Shown piece by piece: positions 14,313 to 30,500 of a stretch of 64,000 nucleotides of DNA. The position numbers and the translations under genes are program-made. The notes below the pieces were generated by a model. That model was not told the origin of the DNA. It ran no database searches and saw only the letters and a program-made list of their open reading frames with translations. Position 1 is the stretch's first letter, and every line of letters begins with the position of its first letter. This DNA comes from Balanoglossus misakiensis (taxonomy: Eukaryota > Animalia > Hemichordata): assembly GCA_040954595.2 (NCBI GenBank), contig CM082596.2, positions 5,468,791-5,532,790 on the forward strand. The letters run 5' to 3'.

Positions 14313-17300
14313 AGTTATCCAGACATTTTCCTGGAACATACACATGTACTGTGTGTAACTCCTCTGATAATATCTTTCCGTTTCTTTACAGAAATGAAAT
14401 CATCACACAAGGTACACTAAAGTTCTGGCATGAATGAAGGAACCAAGAGGGAATTGCCAGTCTTTAGGACCAAGATCAGTCACCTGAAAACCAGTGCAAT
14501 GATGTGGTTGGCAGAGATCAAACTGAATGGGTTACAAGAAGCAAGAATTATCCACCTGCAGTGCTTATTGGGCCAAAGATAGAGGTATGTATAATGCTGT
14601 GTTGTTCCTCACACTTTTATAGGAACAGTCTGCCTACTGAGGACCTGAGAAATTTTGGTCAGAGCCTAAAAACCCTCTTGGACCAAACTAATCTGATACA
14701 ATGGTCCAACACAGCATACCACCTCCCTATTGGTATTCTGGGCCAACTTGAAACCTATATACCGGTACACCTGCTGAAGAATGACACACATGTGTCTACG
14801 GATGTCCAACAGAGTAAACAGTGTACATGTAGTAAACTTTTTTTTTTTAAGTATACTACCTAGCACATGTACCGTACATCCCACAATGTTACAAAAATAC
14901 AAATGTCATCTCTCCACCATCCTCTGACTCCCGGCACGGTTCATGCCATGTCCAACATTTGATGGGTGGGCACTGACAGCTGGGGTTGCGCCCTCGACCT
15001 TCCAGAGGCATTGACTTATAAATGGTGGATCAGATTTACAGGGCTTAGTTTACGGTACTCAGGCCGTGCATGTTGTTTATGTGGCGCAAAAGCCCAAACC
15101 AACATAAATCAACATGATTGAGTCATCAAGTTACTCTTGCAGTTTACACATTGCAACTTCTTAGCATTCCATGTTATATTTAGCTTGCATTTATTGGTAT
15201 GCAGTGTCAACACGTGCCCACTCTCTGTATCGGTCTGTCTGTCTGTCTGTCTGTTAATCTGTCTGTCTTCACGTATATGGATAAACAACCACAGCAGATA
15301 TCTTGTTCTGAAATAATAGCAATGTCAAAAACTTTGCTTGATATTCAAACAAATGCAATACTTCATAAGAAATGTTACTGGTTGTAGCTCTTTTTTCCAA
15401 ATAACATTAGCGACTTAAAGTACATCACAAAACAGATTACCAAAAGTTATGGCAAAGTTTTGCTGCATGTGTTTCTGGTCAAATGCAGATGAGCAACTCT
15501 CCCGAAGAAACATCCTGTAGTCTTTACATCTTCATTTAATTTTATGGTATACCACCAACGTGACTAAAATGTGATCAACTTAGTACTGAGACAAGGCATG
15601 ATGAACTTGCTGAATATGTGGGACGATTATGCCAAGCAAAATCCAACTAAAGAGGGACATTGAAGATGCATACGGCCATTATTTTCCAAAGTGGTGTAGC
15701 CGTCGATCGTCGCAATCTCACATCAGCATGCAAGCTGCCGAGACAACAACTACCAAACAAACAAACACAGAAAATCTCTCCTCTGTTAGTTTTGAAGTGG
15801 TAATCAATGGATGCCCTGATATACTTTGAAAGGCCTTCGAACCCTCGATCGAACATCAAACAACGCAGCGAAAAGACAGTCAGATGTCCCAGTTTCTGAC
15901 TTTACTCGGCCCCATTTTTCTTCGCAAGTCGACTAAATAAACTCTGCCTGTGTCTCCTGTGACTGGTGGCGTTGTGTGTGATATTTGCTTCTGAATCCCC
16001 TTAGCAACATTTGCATGACAACGCCCTGTGTTCATCAGTGTTTGCTTTTTATTCAACGGACGCGGCCACATGTCTTCTTTTTACCTCGTTGCATAACAAC
16101 TGCCTTTTTTTTCAAACCGAAATAAGGGCCTTGCGCCTGAAAAACAATTATCATTGATAGATTTGGCGCTGGACTCCAGCTTGGATACCCTTTATCTCCA
16201 GTATCAAGCTTTGGATTTGCTGAAAGGCTGACTCCATCAGAGGAAGAAAAGTGGCCATATGCTGGTTTCTGGGATTCTTGGTTTTATCACCATGGCAACA
16301 TACTGGGGTCTTTTGTTGCTATGGATACCTTTCCCCATTAAGATGATGATCTGTGTCCCCAAGATGGATTGTTTACAAGAAATGGAATGAATTCACACAT
16401 GTATGTAGGTTTTTTCGCTGTCTTGACTAGATTGCGAATTAACCCAAATACGGCAGCACATCAAAAAATGCATGTCAACTCTTGAGGGCTACAAAACTGT
16501 ATTATCCAACGATGACATGGAACAGCACCCCATTCTTTTCCCTGCCCTACACCCTTAGGCTCCACAGCCAGGATAATTCCATGCGATATTTCGCCAAAAC
16601 ACACAGGTACCGGGAGGAAAAAAGATTGACCCACAATACAAAACAAACAGATTCCTGGCTCAAGATAACATTTTTCATACGTCCACCGTTGTCCAAAGCA
16701 GGGAACAAATCGGAACCACACCGAGAAAAACAAACAGTTAATTGGGCAATCCTTCTTTCACTCTGTGTTTATTCTCTGCGTGTCGGACAATTCGCTTCAT
16801 TATGTATGCGATCTTTCCCCCCGAGCGAAAAGCCTCGGAAAGCCCGCACGGAACAATCGGAAGCGGTGAGCCCAGAGAATGGCAAATTAAAGTAACCCTT
16901 CAGGATACCCAGTCAACAAAAAGTGCACTGTTCAACAGACCTTCTTTTGTCGAATCAAAAGAAACAAATGGTGCGACTGAAAAAAGAAGAAGAAAATCAC
17001 AGATTTTTTTTTTAACAGAGGACACTGCCCAGCCAATTGAAAACCAACACCAATACAGAGATTATCTCGGTAAAAATTACGAAAGAAGGCAAATCTTCAG
17101 AGCATGCCAAAACAACAACAGGTATTTGTTGAACGTGAATCGCACTCACAGAGCAATCAATGAGTTCACGTTCCACCGCAGGACTGCAAGTGGGAGGAGC
17201 AGCGCGCCTCTGTTGCTACAGCAACCACGGCACTGACCTGTAGTAACCCCTTTTAACCTATCGCGACTTCCCATGCCGCTTCCGTTTAAACCTTTCACCC

Positions 17301-20300
17301 CCATTTCCATCTGTAGAGGTCCAACTCTACCGTAGAAAACAACAATGGATTCGGACCAAACCATAGATGATGGTGGTGGTGTTGGTGGTGAAATGGTTAA
17401 GGCTCCCAAGCTTCAGATGTTTGTTGTTGTTGTATTTTTGTGTTTTGTCTATCACCTGTAATTTCTTGGTCAACTACCTTAAAAACATAACAGGATACCC
17501 AGAATTCTGTTTTACAATATAATGTATAAGTCTGCATTGTCAGTATTGACAAATATACATTCAAGCCTGGACTTGCATTTAATTTGCAATGATGAAACAC
17601 TGACAGTCAATCTGATTAAAATCAGATGTAGGGAACGGCGACTTGGTTTTTTTATGCTGTCGCCTCACACTGTGAAAAAAACCAAGTCGCCGTTCCCTAC
17701 ATCTGATTTTAATCAGATTGCACTGACAGTCTACTTTGACTTTGTTGACTGTTAACACCGAGCAAGTCATTACAAGAAATTGCAGCTGATCTGTATATAC
17801 ATGTGTAGAAGAAGAGTTAACACCAGAAGTGCCGTACAGCATACTATATTTTTCACTTTTAACCCATTTACTTGTTTCCTGATGAACCGATCCACCCACA
17901 ACCCTGACGGCAACAGACCTGAACCAAAATTTTGACAGAGGAAAAGGGCGGTTGACATCTAATTCTGAATACACCCGACAGAACAAGACACGATTGTCCC
18001 GTGACAAAGGAGCTTCAGTGAATCCATCCCTTCTGATTTAGTCTTCCCCAAGGGGTGAAAGTCCAAAGATAGAACATCCCCCAGGCGGAAATTTGGAGAA
18101 AGTCCTCCACACTGAAAAGTCCTTCATTCGAGCCCCCTTCTTTCTTTGCTAAACTAAACCCATCAACGCCTGAGAAGAAATTTGACGGTGCATCCCAATG
18201 TCTCCATGACAACCATGAATATATTTTTCTTCCTCAGCCAACAGGGAGAGCCCAATTCATAAATACAATTGTCTGATTTCAATAATTATTCCTAACAGAC
18301 TTATAAATCACTGTGTCCTTGCAATGGAACAAAACCCAATAGCTTTTTGCCCATCCCTACCTTCTTGACTTAAATCTCATACTACTCCTTGCGACAGCCA
18401 TATTGGATCGCATCACAAAACGAAATGCACCATATTCTATATTTGAACCTTTGCAGACCACTCAATATGTTTTAGCACACGAACAGAATGCATAAAATCT
18501 TCCATCAAGAACAGGAACATATTTTCATCTCTCTGTCTCTCTCAATATCACTAAGGAGTATTTCTAAATTACTAGTAATTTTTTAATCAGTCTTACATGA
18601 CAGTAAAGGCAGATTTCCTGCAGTGTAATGGCATCAGAAAACGCCAACTGTTTATCAACGTACATACATGTACGTACGAACACAGTGGAGTGTGGAACTT
18701 CAGAGTGAAGTATGAAAGAGAAGCATCTAGTGTAATGGGTGAACGCCAAAGTTCTAACAGGTGTGCCAGCCGATTGGAATTTCCAATCAACTCCACACAA
18801 GAGTTCTTCAACGTTGAGTGCCTCTAATAGTTCTATTCCTCTTGTGAAACGGAGCTGACGCAGGCACAACAAAAACGACAGGAACTAGCACCGAATCCAA
18901 TTACCGTCGCCGTTTCTAAAGGAGAGCCTGGTTCATGGTTACTCTCATAGTGCAGCGTGGCACGGACGCTGAGACTAGCGAAGGAATTCGCCACCAATGG
19001 AAATCCTCCCCCTGCTTCCATTGTGCCCCCCAGTGAATTGCAATTACCAGCCGAACCGTATAGGCTTTCCGGGTGAGCAGTCACATTGTTAGCCCACTAT
19101 GGAGAGCGCGGGATCAAAAACCTCCACGGGACAATGGCGGGCTTTGGGCCCTTTCAAGACTCCCAACAGAAGCCTGCATTGACAATACAGTGAGTGTGAC
19201 AAAAAGAATGCTGAAGGTGCAACGGAGGCTGTGTGACTACAAACTTATGAATTTCTCCGCATTAAAGGGCCACGTACAGCCGAACTTTCTTCTATTCAGC
19301 GTTTCTGAACTTCGCAGCATTGAACTAGATCGTCAACCAAAAGCTTTCTGTTCTCTTTCTGTTCTACATTCGTTTTTCATCCAACGACAGAACAAGCTCA
19401 GAACAGATCACATTCCAGCACAACAATTGCGATGATTTGCAGAGCACGGCGAAATATACACATGTCAATCATCAACCCTCTGCATTCACAACTGCCAGGA
19501 TTATGCTTTTCATAAGTTTTAGAGTAATTATCTCAGTTTGAAAGAAAGCCAACAAGATGCCCCTACCACATGCTACACAGACATCAGAGAAAAGAAATTG
19601 AAAGAAAAACAAATCTGATGTGTGATGAATTAATAACGATACAATTGATTAGAGTTTTAGGATATTTGACCTGGTGGTAATTTTAAGCTGTCCTTTACAA
19701 AAACACACTGTCTGATGGCGTTAACACTTGTAGCCAGCAAAAATATGAGTTGGAAGTTTATTATAACAGTGCACATCCTCAGTATTTCCGAGCTGGGTGG
19801 TTTCTTGCTCACAGCTAGTCGTTGTGGTGGTGGTTTCTGAATGTTTTCCACATCCGATATGGTCTATTCTGTGAAGCATTTGTTGGAGAACACTGCCCAA
19901 TGAAAACAGGATGTGGTTTTTTAACTGTAACAAATAATAGCTACCTACGATGTGGCGTGGAAAACATTCTATATTTTGTATGTACCGGTATATGTATAAA
20001 ATTTACAATCGCTCCAGAACGGGGAAAGAAAACATATTTCTGCTTGAAAAAGAAGACACCCATTGTGGCATTCTGGGTAATGACCTTACATGCAGATCGG
20101 CACTTTTTAGCATTTAACTGTGAAGTCTTTTGTTTTCACAGTGTCAACAGGAGCCAGCAGAAAAGGGACAGTTACACAGAAGCTAAGACGAAAAGAAAAC
20201 AGACACAGGCTGCAGGCTTCTGACCACAGTCCCACATTCTTCAAGGCTTTGTGTCAATTTAAACAGGAACCCAGGTAAAGTTTCCACAACCTTGAAACAA

Positions 20301-21550
20301 TGCCACATTTTCACACTTGCCTATTAAAGGGGGGAATCTATTTTGAATCCGTGATTCGATTGCAGAGTTTATAAAATAAATACAGAATTGGGAAAACAAT
20401 GGGTTGGTAGGAAAGTGTGAAATCTAATAGTCAGGGGTTAATATATACACTACTGGGTTTTATTCAAAATACCGGGCGAGAATTGAGTAGTTATGTCATT
20501 CAGTAATTAAAGTCGATTTCAGTTAGATCTGAAAACAAATTGATATCAATATACATGTACAAGCTTTAAAATACTGACGGAGAGCGATTTGTGTCCCTGC
20601 TGCATGGAGCCACAATTTTTTGTCCCCCATGATCTCAAAAAGCACGAGGAACGAGGATGTCGACAACAACGGTGCAATGAAGTTTGTCAGTTTGTAATAA
20701 AGCCTGAATATGATTAGACAGGGGGTGGGAAATGAACACATTTGAAAGCCAGACCCCGTTGAATTGAGAAGATGGTTCACAAAGAATCTGGTCAGGGGGT
20801 GGCTCTCTGTGTGTGATTTCAATGGAAGAAGTTTTGCATTTGTTCAGTAGAAAAACGATCTTGCAAATGAAGTTGGTGCCACTTAAAACCCACTCCAAGT
20901 TTAATTAGCGGATTAACTGTCACATCAAGACTTGAGTTTTTTTCCGGGGGGACAATGCTGTTTTATCTGTTTTTTAAATTGGCCGGCTTGTTTTCTTGCT
21001 TGTTTATTTGAATTACGGGGAAGTCTAACACACTCCGGAAAGCTCAATTTCAATGAATGTTTTTTGACCGAGTTGGTTCTTTACAACTTGGCTTGTATGG
21101 ATGGGGGAATTCACCAACTCAAAATACCTCTTAAGTAGATTTAGACCGTTAATTAAAATTAATTATGCCATGAAGCCACCACTGATGGAGGGCTATACAC
21201 CACATCCGTTAAACACAACACTTAAAAATCAAGAGGCGACAACAAAATCACAGAAGCTGGACAGATTGGAGATTAGCTAATGACTGTGAAGGCTGTAATT
21301 ACCACAATATCAACACTGTGTTTGCAAAACTGTTAACAGGTGATGAACGATTGGCCCACAATATCAGTTCATCCCAAGTAGGTTGAACTTAAAGAAGGAC
21401 TGAAGCAGATAATATGTACCTGATAATTTGTATGTGAAAAAAACACCTTTTACAGTTATTTACAACATCGACAAATAACAGCAAGGAATGACAGATTGTT
21501 TTTAAAAAGTTTTTTTATCATCATCATCATCATCACCACCACCACCATCG

Positions 21551-21595
<45 letters not shown>

Positions 21596-24500
21596 ACAAC
21601 AACAACAGCAACCCCAACAAGATTACTCTGTTCCTCGTGGAATCCCAATCAAAACTGAAAGACGAATGCGAAAATTGAAAAGAAATGAAAGAAGCCCTGC
21701 AGAGTGTCCAAAGGGAAGATGGTGAAGACAGTGTCATTTGGAAGAACAGACAATTGAGAACTCAAACAGACTGTCACAGCTACCCTACCATGAATGTACC
21801 CAGCAAATCCCAACCCTGAGCACTTTGGAAGTCCGCTATGATACAACAGACCTACGATACCCGTGCTTTTCGGATCTTTCAACATTTGTGGAGGCTTACC
21901 AAAGATTACAACATCCACCACAATGAGGAAAGTTAATCTGGCGACCAGTGATACTCGGCTGCCTACAGGAATCAGCTCCAAATTTACATATATGCAAACT
22001 AACACATATTTCGCCCGAAGGACACGCCAGGTAAATCTTATTTTGTCTTGGATTGAAACACCTCTGGACAGGAGAGATCGGTGTGCGGCTACAATAGCTG
22101 GCCCACATGTACAATATGTATACTGTGTGGACAATCCTTGCAAATAATGTGGACGGACGGATGTCAAAGGAAAATGTCGGTCTCGTATTAAAGACTGGCC
22201 TTGTCAAGAATAAATTGTGTCTGCCTTACAGGATTGGCCTAGGAAAGATTCAATTCAATAAGACTATTAAAACAAACGACAACGGAAATTTGAAGCAAAT
22301 TGTTCCCGCCATGGCTAACTGCTATTCACATGTCCCAGATAGCTCATTCTTCCCAATTATAGTAGGGTCTTTTTTTTCCTTCAAAGCTTTTGTGCGACGG
22401 AGAAGAATTCTCCGGATGTCTGCATTTAACAGAGAATGGTTAGTTACAATTGACAACGCCGCGATCTTCAGGGGGGAAGAACCAGATTACACAGACAAGA
22501 ACCATTGTTGCCAACTGTTTCTGTTTGATCTATTGAAGTCATCATCATGACTGCCGGTAATATTTAGTCGCGGGGGCCCCCGCAGCAAAAGCTGCCGAAT
22601 AAAATCAAAAGTTGCCCCGTGGAAGACAGTGGAAACTAGCCCTCGGGCACTTCACTTGATTTTCCCCCCGAAGACCCTGAGAACCAGCCTGATTAATTTG
22701 GCATATTAAACCAAACACAATGCTTCACAGAATGTGTTCTCGTGTAAAGACAGACCCAAAAGGTACACAATGACCGAATGCTGTGTGCTGAGTAACCCCC
22801 CTTTTCTCTCAGTGCGATGGTCCACCTGGCAATAAGAAACAACAGGAGCACCTCCACTTGGACTGATTCTTGGGGGTGGGGGTCAAAGACATAAGTAAAA
22901 TGATGCAGTTTTCGCACATTTTAATTGTTTATTTATTATAGTTGTAATGAATTTCCAAACAGGTATCAAAGGTGTAACATTTATACCTGGATGTCATGTA
23001 GTATGGCACAATATGATTGATTAGTTTATTTGTGCAATGTTGTGTTACGTGAGTGACCATAAAGTTCAGTGACCTTTTTACACCAGCTGAATCCTGTCAA
23101 TCAAAGTGATTGACATCAACCTGCTGAAGACACCTTCCGCAAAATGTCAACAAAATGCCAATTTGCATAATAGAGGAAATTAAAAATAGCTAGCTGAAAA
23201 GGAGACAGCCAGAAACCTTAAAAGTTTGCATATCAGTGGACAGTAAATAGAAAACATGTAACATTCTCTTAGGAATTCTCACCACCTTGAATAGATTTTT
23301 GCTCCCTAAGTGAGTGATGAAAATCTAATGCGGTGGAGAGAATTTCAATATGGTTGATTTCTGCCATGTTTAACGAATAGAAGTTCAGAAGCCTGAGTAA
23401 TGTTAGGTCCTACTGAAATTTGAGCAAGAAAAATGATAAAATGTGAAAAAGTTGAATGAGTTCTGTCTGAAACTACAAAGACAGAAATTTTAGACACTAA
23501 GAAGCCAAGAAATACAGGCGATATTCCACCTCTTCAAACTCTTCAGAGAGTGGTCAACTTTTTTACCCATAATGCAATTATTAATTGATTTGAGCCCTAG
23601 CAGAACTATTTAACCCTTTTACCCCTGTTTCCCTGTTAAGAGGTCCAACCTTACCATCGAAAACAATGGGGTTTGGACCAAACCATGGTGGTGAAAGGGT
23701 TTTCGGAAGCTAGAGGTTTCACCTTGTAACATGAATACCTGGGCGATTTTAACATTGAAATTCTTTCTTTCCTGTGAGCTGTATTTTGGGCAATCGATTA
23801 TCCCTAAGAATTAGTCCACAGTGGATGCTTAAACAATTCAGTTAACAGGAATTTATTTCATTGATGTCATCAATCAAGCTGCCTTGATTGTGTCATTGAT
23901 GTACAGCCCTTCATTTTAGTGTTAGTCTATAGGGAACTATAGCCATTCACTTGCTATTTTCTGGGTGATATTTGTTTTGTATGGGACAATGCCTCCAAAT
24001 TTGTCTACAACTCGCCCATACTGGCGTTACACAAAGTATACACCAAGGGGCCGATTGTAAAGGTTAATTAAATATGTCTGGTAAACTTCTGTGAAAATAA
24101 CTCCAAAACTCAACAAACAGACATGTATTTTGGAAAAGCAGAGAGAACTGTTTTCTCACGCAAACATTTGCAGTATTTGGCGATCAGATTGACCGCAGCT
24201 CAGAAAGTAAAAGTGAAAACTTACTTTTTCTTCGTCCTGAGCAAATTGGCCACATCAGCGCAGAGAGGCACCACTCCTTTCCGCGTACTGTTGATAACAA
24301 ACGCAACTGCCTTGGCTGCAACGTCTTTGTCTTCAACCAAACCTTCGATGTCATGGCTACACAAACCTGTCAAACACAGACAAAACAAAATTAACAAACA
24401 AATATATGATTGATACAACGGCCACTTCTTAAAGCCCCAGTAGCTCTAAACAATAATTGCTCAGGATTTAATTCTTCAACACAGCCTTTTTTGTAGTAAT

Positions 24501-27500
24501 CAGCATTGCTATTATTAAACGTTGAATTCGAGTCCGGACTTGAATTCGTTTGTCAACAACAAAATGACCATTACTCATATACAGGGCTTTGTTGAGAGCT
24601 AAAGACAACTTTTCTTAAAGCTCTCCTGAGTAGAGAAACTGGAGTTGATACATGTACATTGTACACGGAAGAAAAATACTGAAATGCCTTCTTCAAATAC
24701 TTCACCAAAGGATACATGTACATGGAAGAAACATAACATGTGTGCCAAAGAAACCTCTCGCCACAAAAGGTCAGAAGAAAGAAATATTTATGCGTGTTTG
24801 ATTGATTTTCATCTTCACCCTTCATCAAAAACCACATCTGATTGCGTCAAAGGTTGACTGACATTCATGGAGGCCATATATAATGTGAATTTATTAGTGT
24901 TCCCAGGATTAAACAGAGATTGACGGTAACAAAGATTCAAAGGTTCTCATGGCCTAGAAAAGTATAAATCATCCTTGGAAAATTCCATCGGATGCATCAG
25001 AGTTGGGATACATAGTGTAATTGATGACTGGAAATCGAGCAAAATATTGCCAAGTGTTTACTTCTCGAAAGTAGAAATGATGTGACAGTGTGGACGCTCA
25101 AATAATGTTCAGAAAATATCAAAAACTGCAGATGTAGAAAGTTGTATCTCATCATTGGTCAGGTACAAGTACAACCGGCATTAGTACCACCGGCACTTCA
25201 ACCACCAGCACTTCCCATGACATGACAACATCAACGAGATCTAAATGCCTAAAAGTACAGAGATCTAAATGCCTAAAAGTACACCAGGAATGGTATTATT
25301 TATGAGTGTTGATTAAATATTGTGTTTAACTCCATTTTGTCTCATTCAAAGCTATTAATAACTCCGAAGTTTCTCAACGATATTAAACAGTGTGGGGTTC
25401 ATAGAAAGTAGGACGCAGGGATGTTGTTTGCCTTGTGGGGTTTATTTTGAGAGGGTGGAAAGCTTGAGGTATAACTTGGAAGAGAAATGGGGGTGGAGGT
25501 GGAGGCTGCAATTTTCAGCAGAGGCAGAAATTACAGTAAAAATGTTATATCTGACAGTGCATTTGATATGGCGTTGGCCATGTCACTGTGACATACACTT
25601 GTAATTTGTATACAACTTGGCAGCTTTCGGAAACGTTTTCTTAAACAAGCGTGGATAACACACAGCGTGCCGTTCATTAGAAGTTACAAGTACTTGATTC
25701 CGGCAGGGCAAAGGTGACACCAGATAAAGTCATTATCAAATCTGTGATTTGAAGTGTCTGGAAATTCCCAGTAAACACAAACGTCACATATGGTTTTAGT
25801 TTACACGAGTAAAAATTGACAGTGACATTGAAAAGGTCAAAGCAGTACTTCCCTCAATACATGTTCTTCACAAATTTTTGGGACAAAAAATAGTCGACGT
25901 CACGTCGGGTATTTTTAGATTTTGTCGGGTAATGACGGTGGCACAGAAAGGCAGTAAAAAAACACCAAGAGTTCACAGTACATACACATGTAAACACCAG
26001 AGCAGATGTTACGCTAGTGAAGTTTACAAAATTTCAGAAAATTGGCCATGAACATGACAGATTCATGAAGGAGAAGGGGAGAAGTTCTTGATCTGTGATG
26101 GCAAGGACTAGCAAGATGGAGAGAGTACTGTGTTTCTCACGTCAAGTGCTAGCAGCTGTTTCAGAAAGTCATCATTAGTGAAATGAATATTCATCAGACC
26201 GTTTTAATCCTTCTAATTTGGAGAGGCCAACCACAGAACCCTGAACGTCAAGAGCAGCCCTCTAATGATAGCAATTGTCTCTAATGACAGCAATTGTACC
26301 CTGCACTTTCAAGTGGCCCTAAGTTGTATGCAGAATTCGACGGACTGATAGGATTGTCCTAAGTGGGGAACTGTAACTATGTAAACAGAAGAAGGAGTTA
26401 TAACAAGCGAGAGGTGTAACCGAGGTTGGGGGTGTGAGCCCAGAGATTTTTATTCACCACTAAACCAATGACGAAAAAAACAAAATACATAGATGTGGTG
26501 CAGATTCAGTAAAACCTGTCTAAACCGAACACCACAGGGACTGAAGATATTGTTCAGTTTGCAGAGGTGTCCGGTTTAAAGAGGTTCCTTTTAACATGTG
26601 GTTCTATGTCAAAGGGATAGAAAATTCCAAAGGTGTTCAGTACAAAAAGGTTTCTGGAATTGATAGAAAATGTCACTAATGAAACTAGTTACAAGCTACT
26701 AACTTTCGATCAATTTTCAGAATTTTTGTTCTGCTCGTCAAGTACAGCGTATGCAGAAATTCTTGCACCTTTTTCGTAAGGGCCATTACCTATCAGCTGG
26801 CCAAGCAACAGCTGATGACTTCTTTGCCAGTTCCCAGCAACCAACCTGGTGACAGGCATGAATGGCCTACACAAAGGGTCACCCAAGGTCATAATAAACT
26901 ACTTCCGATGTTTATTTGTGTGCCATAGATCTTGTTACCAGGAGTGGACAAATTATATCATAGGGGGATTAAGTGACTATTATGGAATGCTGTGCTATCT
27001 GTCAACTCCGATGAATCAGCGACCGACACAGTTTGGTATTCTGATAGAAGCTGATGATAAACCAGTAGACGGCCTGTCGGACTACCAATTTTGTAGATTT
27101 CTGTCCAAAATATGACATGCTTTGGCACAGGGATTCATCTTTCACTACAAGTCGTCCAAGAACTGTCAAGTTCATATGGAACATTCTGACAAAAAAATAA
27201 CTAGAACTGTAGTAGGCTGGACTACAAAACTCACACTCAGAATGATGCTGGGATCTGTTGTACAGATGTTGTTTACAGGCGAGAATTCACGTGATTGCGT
27301 GATTTAAGTCCACTTTGCCCTATTTGACTGAGCCACTGATAACCCCTAAGTGGTAAGCATTACCCAAGTTCCCCTACCAGAAACTTGGGAGATAAGGACA
27401 TCACGTAGTACTTCTCCATACATATATCTGGGTCATTGCAAAGTTACGGCCGCAACATTTCTCTTATTGAGGAATAGACACATCGTATGAGAAGACCATA

Positions 27501-30500
27501 TGTTCTCTACATTGACATTTTGACCATGTATGCCTTGGACAACAAATGATAATTTGCTTTCGAGTATTGATGATCCCACAGAACTGATTAACAGAATTCC
27601 AATCAAAATAGATGAAGACCATCAAACTTTAACTGAGGTTGCATGCTGACTGTAACAGCATCACCACTAACCCCCTACGTACCCTCCAACACGCAACATC
27701 GACATTTCAACCATGCATGAACGATTCCCATTCATCAATTTTTTTTTTCACCAGAGGACATGAGTAATATGTCACCAGGGCCACTATCACGAGTACGTTG
27801 CCCAGATAAGCTACACACGACCGTGACACACGCCGCGGCCGTGTACGACATAAACGAAACATCACGAATGAACGAGCATCACCGCACCGCGAGTCGTGCT
27901 TCAAACGTAATTATCCGTTCACCCTTTTAAATCAATTAAGTTCTAGTTTCATTACTCAAAGCAAACAAATCTGTAAAAATAGCACGGTTTTACAGTATTT
28001 CCAGACTGCACTAGTCAAATGTTTTCCTGGTGAACTGCAGGGAAGACGGTCAGTAAATTCTGGCAATACGTATCTCTCACTATCGAATGACAAGATTCTT
28101 CAAAAGTTATCTCGTTCTCAGAGTCTACATATTCCCTCCCTTGCAGTACCTTGTCCCCTGTTCTCCAGTCGCTATCAATCCCAACGTGAAAATCTCAGTA
28201 TTAGATTCCGTTTTAAGTTGACAGCTTCGTGGTTAAGTACACAGTTTTTCTAGCGTCGAGTGAACCCGGCACTGACACACATCCATCTGCAACGCCATAC
28301 CACTGCCCAAATATTTTCAACTGGAGACATTCCGCCCAACAATCATCTGAATTATGCACGTCCACATGCGACTGTACCAACAAACAGATAACGCAAGGTT
28401 TACAACTTTTAGACATCATACATGCTTCAAAGTGACACTTTCTTATGTCATAATAACGATCAAATTATTCCTACGTTTTATTCATCATTTGTAAACACAG
28501 AACTTGTTTTTTTAAATGAAAGTTCCACATTACTAATCATCTGAAACATTTAATATTGATTCATTATATTTTCCTATACTGTAATCAGTTCACTGTAATC
28601 TCATTCCTACACACTCAAGGTCTATTGTTTCACCTTAGTCTAGAATGTATCCTGCATTTTTTCAGCGCTGTCCTGGAGTTTTTTGGCAAATAACTGTAAT
28701 GAAAAACTAAAGCTAGTTAGTTCGATACACATGGCAAGTCCAAGAACATACTTGTTTCCCCCCATGCTATATACTGGTAATGGCATACTTTGCCGACAAA
28801 ACCAGAAACAATTCTTCTTTCCTCAGATCGTCAAATTACCGAGATAAGTGGCTTCAAAAACTGCCTCCCTGAATTCCTTAGTAATATTACCGCCTGAAAC
28901 ACAGGGCGCTAACTGTGAAGACAATGCCGACAGTAACCGAGCTGGGAGGGGTGGTGATATGCGATAGCCATGACATTATGAGCTACAGTGAAATGTCATT
29001 TCTTAAAAACATGTCAAAGTTGTTTGTAAAACACTGCCCTTTTCTACAACATACAGTGCTGTTTCAATTGTCTTCCGCGAGCCGCTGGCTACAATTTCAT
29101 CGGGTGAAAACGATCTCTCACAACCCCTCTCCTGGGAGGAATTATTTTTCCCAGCATTTCTACAAGGGTCATGAATGGGCCGGTAACACTAGAGCTCCCA
29201 GCAATAGTGACCCACTTCTGGAAACATATTGGATCGCACACCTATCTCGAATCTAACAAATTTACGCACTGAAAGCGGCCACAATGCATTGTTAACCCGA
29301 TATCGGGCAATTACTCTAACACCATGACAACCGGCGCGACCCAGTCCTACTTTTATAAAGAGTGCACGACACCCATCCTGAAAAGAACCGTTGTAAACTA
29401 TGCCCAAGAAAAGTTCAAATTCCTCTTCATGAGAACATAACAGACAAACTTGAAAGTGAGTAAGAATCAAGTGGCAGTTTAGGAGGTTACTCAAAAGAAT
29501 CTGCAGTAAAAAAAAAACATGTTTAAACAACAAGTATAAACGGCCAACGTTTAGGCTCACAAGAAGCAATGCAATCTGGGATACCTATAGACCCATTACC
29601 AAAGATACTAAATTAAATATGGTCCTCAATTATACATCATTTTAAAACAAACGAGCATCATTGGGACCAAATCCATGGCATGCATCGTTTAGTCAGATTT
29701 CGTTTCCCAAGATTGATTCTACAACCTCCCCAGAAATAGAACCAAGTATTTTAATGATTGAATAACTTTTTATGAAGTCAATACGGGAGTAGTGTAATGT
29801 GTGAACCTTTGCAATGGATAGCAATTCCAGATGTCTGTCTATTGACACCAGGAATACAAGTAACGCGAGAAGTCTGACGATTAATTGGCTATTTTTAATT
29901 TTAAAACAGAAAAACAAAATAACTATGAGGGGTGTTTCGAGGATTTACAACGCTGTTTTGGTGAAGTTGTTATTCATTTTAGATACTTACTCTGCCTGGC
30001 CTTCGGAAAAACAGGCATTCAGCATAAGTATTGGAAAGTAACTACATGTAAATGGTGAAGGGACACATGCCGCTTGCCGTCAGACCCTGCTTGTCTCAAT
30101 CGCAAAGTACAACAGTATTCGTAAAATTTGATAGCGGCTGGTTCTTTAGTTGCCTGCTAGGAACACCGGCTTGGCAGTCAGTCGTTGTAAATCAAGTAGG
30201 AATACCCCCACTGTGTTTACAATGTCATGACAACCAGAGCATTATACTCTGTTTATCTAACAGCCTATAAATGACTTAATATTGTTTGCGGACATGATGC
30301 CCTGTCAGGCCAGAGCAAACAATATTAAAATCTCAGGCTGTCTGTATTTGAGTGGGGTATCAGCACGCTCTGCAAGCAATCTGGAGTGTCCCCTGTTGAC
30401 CTCCAGTCTCAGCCATTTAACCGGGATTTGATTACCCGCTGATAAAATCATGAATGTTGGATGGAATATGGCAGTTGTCCCACGCGACAAGATGGCTGCC

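Noticed and set aside
14125-14437. Poly-Met / poly-Ile ORFs (also 21456-21737)
   Set aside because: Translations of (CAT)n microsatellites.
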